Part shown: in pieces, positions 30,716-33,303 of the stretch
How positions within the stretch are numbered: position 1 is the first letter of the stretch
How the letters are laid out: each line of letters begins with the position of its first letter
Assembly (NCBI GenBank): GCA_903869875.1
Contig: CAIQAW010000020.1
Span: 1 to 33,303 of the forward strand
Direction: 5' to 3'
DNA from: Candidatus Nomurabacteria bacterium
Lineage (GTDB): Bacteria > Patescibacteriota > Minisyncoccia > Phycocordibacterales > UBA9973
DNA: 33,303 nt
The notes under the pieces: model-generated
What the model was told of the DNA's origin: nothing
Databases searched by the model: none
The model's input: only the letters and a program-made list of their open reading frames with translations
Translations under genes and position numbers: made by a program

Positions 30716-32407
30716 ATGAACGAAGTGGTGGAACATTTGTTAGCTATGCGGGGTTTGTCGGCTATTGATGCTGACGATTTTCTGCACCCACAATATACAA
30801 ATATAGGTAACCCAACAGATATGAAGGATATGGTTAAGTCTGTAGAACGGGTATATAACGCTATAACAAAAGGCGAGAAAATTGCCATATATGCAGACTA
30901 CGACTGCGACGGTATACCAGGGGCAGTTGTACTTAGTGACATGTTCGATATTGTTGGTTTTAATAATTATGTTGTTTATATACCAGACAGACATAAAGAA
31001 GGTTATGGTTTACATATACCTGCTGTAGATAATTTGATTAGTCAGGGTGTGAATTTGATAATAACAATTGATGTTGGTATTACGGCTGTCGACCAAGCTA
31101 AGTACTGTAAAGAAAAAGGTATTGATTTGATTATTACCGACCACCATTTGCCATTAGAGAAAATACTTAAAGATAAGAAGAATAAGGACAAGCAAATTAT
31201 ACCTGATGCATATGCTGTTATAAACCCAAAACAAACAGGTAACAATTACCCAGACGACATGTTGTGTGGTTCGGGTGTAATATTTACTTTTGTTCGCGGG
31301 TTCTTAAATAAATACCGGGAACAGTATAATGTGCCAATAGGTTGGGAAAAATGGTTACTAGATATGGTGGCCATTGCAACACTGTCAGACATGGTACCAC
31401 TACTTAAAGAAAACAGAACACTGGCATACTATGGTTTGCAGGTTTTAAAGAAAACTCGCCGACCTGGTTTACAACTACTACTACAAAAGGCTGGTGTAGA
31501 CATGGCACATATAGTCGAAGATGATGTAACTTTTACATTAGCCCCACGGCTAAATGCTGCGTCACGCATGGACACACCCATGACGGCTTTTAAACTACTT
31601 AAAACAAAAAATGCTAAGGAGGCGGTAGAATTTTCAGCACACTTAGAAGGTTTAAACACAGAAAGAAAAACAAAAGTGGCGTCTATTATGAAGGAAGTAA
31701 AAAAAGTTTTAAAACAAAAAGAAGAACAACCCGTTATTGTAATAGGTAACCCAAACTGGAATATTGGTGTGCTGGGTTTGGTTGCATCGAAAATTGTAGA
31801 CGAACATGACAAAACTGTTTTTGTTTGGGGCCGTGACGAATTTGGAATTATAAAAGGTTCATGTCGTTCTAATGGAACGTGCCATTTGGTTTCTATAATG
31901 TCTGCTGCACCGGCAGGCACGTTTGTTGCCTTTGGTGGGCATGAGGGTGCTGGAGGTTTTTCAGTTAGTAATGATGCAATACACACACTGGCAGATGTGT
32001 TAAACAGTGTGCACAGTAGTGCGTTAATTGAAACTAAAGATGACAAAGATACTGCACAAATACTAGAAGTTACATTGCCTATAGTTACAAACGAAGTTTA
32101 TCGGGCAATACAAAACTTTGCACCATTTGGTGTGGCAAACCCTAAGCCAGTTTTTATGTTTAAACGTGTATTAGTAGAAACTGCAAAGGAATTCGGTAAA
32201 GACAAAAACCACTTAGAAATAGTTGTTTCACATAACGATGGCGCTAAACCAGCAAAAATAAAAGCCATAGCATTTTTCAAAACTACAAATGATTTTGAAC
32301 AAAAACTGGTACCAGGTATGTGTATAGATATGTCTGCATTTATAGAAGAATCGCGTTATATGGGCAAGGTAGAAATGCGTTTACGTATATTTGACATTGT
32401 TATATAA
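30716..32407 (+). CDS. recJ: Single-stranded-DNA-specific exonuclease RecJ
   Basis: The DHH motifs YADYDCDG, TIDVG and ITDHH are present, along with DHHA1 GGHEGAGG. The alternative start at 30710 cannot be excluded. Confidence 0.9.
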   Translation: MNEVVEHLLAMRGLSAIDADDFLHPQYTNIGNPTDMKDMVKSVERVYNAITKGEKIAIYADYDCDGIPGAVVLSDMFDIVGFNNYVVYIPDRHKEGYGLHIPAVDNLISQGVNLIITIDVGITAVDQAKYCKEKGIDLIITDHHLPLEKILKDKKNKDKQIIPDAYAVINPKQTGNNYPDDMLCGSGVIFTFVRGFLNKYREQYNVPIGWEKWLLDMVAIATLSDMVPLLKENRTLAYYGLQVLKKTRRPGLQLLLQKAGVDMAHIVEDDVTFTLAPRLNAASRMDTPMTAFKLLKTKNAKEAVEFSAHLEGLNTERKTKVASIMKEVKKVLKQKEEQPVIVIGNPNWNIGVLGLVASKIVDEHDKTVFVWGRDEFGIIKGSCRSNGTCHLVSIMSAAPAGTFVAFGGHEGAGGFSVSNDAIHTLADVLNSVHSSALIETKDDKDTAQILEVTLPIVTNEVYRAIQNFAPFGVANPKPVFMFKRVLVETAKEFGKDKNHLEIVVSHNDGAKPAKIKAIAFFKTTNDFEQKLVPGMCIDMSAFIEESRYMGKVEMRLRIFDIVI

Positions 32408-32436
32408 TTTATGTATTGTTTATAAAAAATAAACAT

Positions 32437-33213
32437 ATGCACAATAACAAAGAAATACTAAAAACAAACCTATCCATGGTTAGTTTACTAATAGTTGTAG
32501 AAGCGATTTTACAATCGACCAGATCTAACCCCAATATAACCTGGCATTTTACAAAAGAAATAAAACACGAATGCCTTTTAGGAAATAGGGGTGTGCCTGC
32601 AGAATTTAAAACATTGCGAGCCGCGATAGTTTTCTTTCTTTTTAAAGTTTTTAGAAAAAATATTAACCGAAAAATGTTAGTAGAATTTTTTGAAACAGAA
32701 GAGAATTACAGCAAAGATTTTTATGAAAAAAGCGCATTGTTTAAAAAAATTGATGCACATTTAGGTGAAGACAAAAACCTTTTGGAATTTGCCATGTCTT
32801 ATGTAGACGAATGGAATAAAGCTGAAAAAGCAGTATTTAAAAATGAATCTTTATTTTCTAGTCTTAATATCGAACCAGATGAATTCGCAAAAATACTATT
32901 TGCACACATTGCAGAAAAAGCTACAGAATATTTTGCTTTTTTAATTACTGTTGACGATATCAAGAAGAAGAATAGAAAAGCTAAATATGTAATGTGTAGA
33001 AATTTATTCGTTTTAGTTTTCCATAGCAAGTTTCCTACTACTAGTTATTCAATAATTGGAAAATTTTTGAACGACGAAGACCATTACAGGGTACAGTTTT
33101 CTTTTGGTAGGCATGAGGAATTGTTCGAGTCTAACAACCAGGAATACATTAACTTTTTCCTGCAAACTAGAGAAAGTTTTATTTCTAAAATCACGCAAAC
33201 GCAACCTGCGTGA
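32437..33213 (+). CDS. Hypothetical protein with DnaA C-terminal-like HTH domain (AT-rich, accessory-like)
   Basis: The C-terminal segment KKKNRKAKYVMCRNLFVLVFHSKFPTTSYSIIGKFLNDEDHYRV follows the Bac_DnaA_C pattern (R-x-I/V ... S-x-x-x-IG-x-F-x-x-x-DH-x-x-V). Confidence 0.5.
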   Translation: MHNNKEILKTNLSMVSLLIVVEAILQSTRSNPNITWHFTKEIKHECLLGNRGVPAEFKTLRAAIVFFLFKVFRKNINRKMLVEFFETEENYSKDFYEKSALFKKIDAHLGEDKNLLEFAMSYVDEWNKAEKAVFKNESLFSSLNIEPDEFAKILFAHIAEKATEYFAFLITVDDIKKKNRKAKYVMCRNLFVLVFHSKFPTTSYSIIGKFLNDEDHYRVQFSFGRHEELFESNNQEYINFFLQTRESFISKITQTQPA

Positions 33214-33220
33214 TTTTTTA
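33190..33220 (+). terminator. Terminator overlapping the stop codon
   Basis: The hairpin atcacgca ... tgcgtgat is followed by a T-run. Confidence 0.65.
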
Positions 33221-33240
33221 ATTTATGTATATGTTCATGC

Positions 33241-33303
33241 TATAATCTTTACATGAATCCCGTTAGAAGCCGCGGTCGCAGTAACGGGCATTAATTATGA
33301 AAG
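33241..33303 (+). promoter_or_regulatory. TATAAT promoter plus second copy of the conserved 5' leader module (truncated by the window end)
   Basis: A -10 box tataat (33241-33246) is followed by atcccgttagaagccgcggtcgcagtaacggg (33257-33288). That module is 31/32 identical to 20955-20986. It is followed by attatgaaa, as in the tyrS leader. Confidence 0.5.

Noticed and set aside
1-33303. CRISPR arrays, rRNA genes, prophage structural genes, known defence-system genes
   Set aside because: There are no regularly spaced direct repeats with unique spacers. There is no rRNA-like sequence. None of the ORFs shows motifs of Cas proteins, restriction enzymes, Abi, TIR, STAND NTPases, reverse transcriptases or phage structural proteins that I can recognise by eye.

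Overview
Low-GC (about 35-40% by eye) bacterial chromosomal segment. It has compact genes, frequent hairpin terminators between convergent genes, and almost no Shine-Dalgarno motifs. The gene content fits a reduced-genome, monoderm, Patescibacteria/CPR-like organism, but this is inference only because the window holds no rRNA. That content is cell-wall enzymes (an L,D-transpeptidase, a VanY-like M15B peptidase, a PG-binding protein), a type IV pilus operon with no secretin, a trigger factor without a PPIase domain and a short AlaRS. Housekeeping genes recognised with confidence are clpP, tig, ppa, nusA, alaS, tyrS, pilB, pilC, tpiA, pgk and recJ. Accessory content is a roughly 3.5 kb island (9865-13329) of seven small genes (six of unknown function plus a YdeI/OmdA-like one), a 929 bp IS next to it, and two further AT-rich clusters of unknown genes (3230-4767 and 32437-33213). 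The most unusual signals are listed here. (1) A family of double-hairpin palindromic elements sits in-frame inside the VanY-like gene and nusA, nested in one another at 66-160, and in the tig-clpP spacer. (2) Three copies of a 42 bp promoter/operator motif each head an unrelated island gene. (3) A conserved 5' leader occurs twice (upstream of tyrS and at the window end); upstream of tyrS it can pair over the tyrS start codon and carries a 24-codon uORF. (4) Extended -10 boxes sit 6-7 nt upstream of many start codons, which suggests pervasive leaderless mRNAs. (5) A tRNA-like gene has a perfect T-arm and acceptor stem but no canonical D or anticodon arm. No CRISPR array or rRNA was seen. All functional calls come from motif recognition by eye, with no database search.
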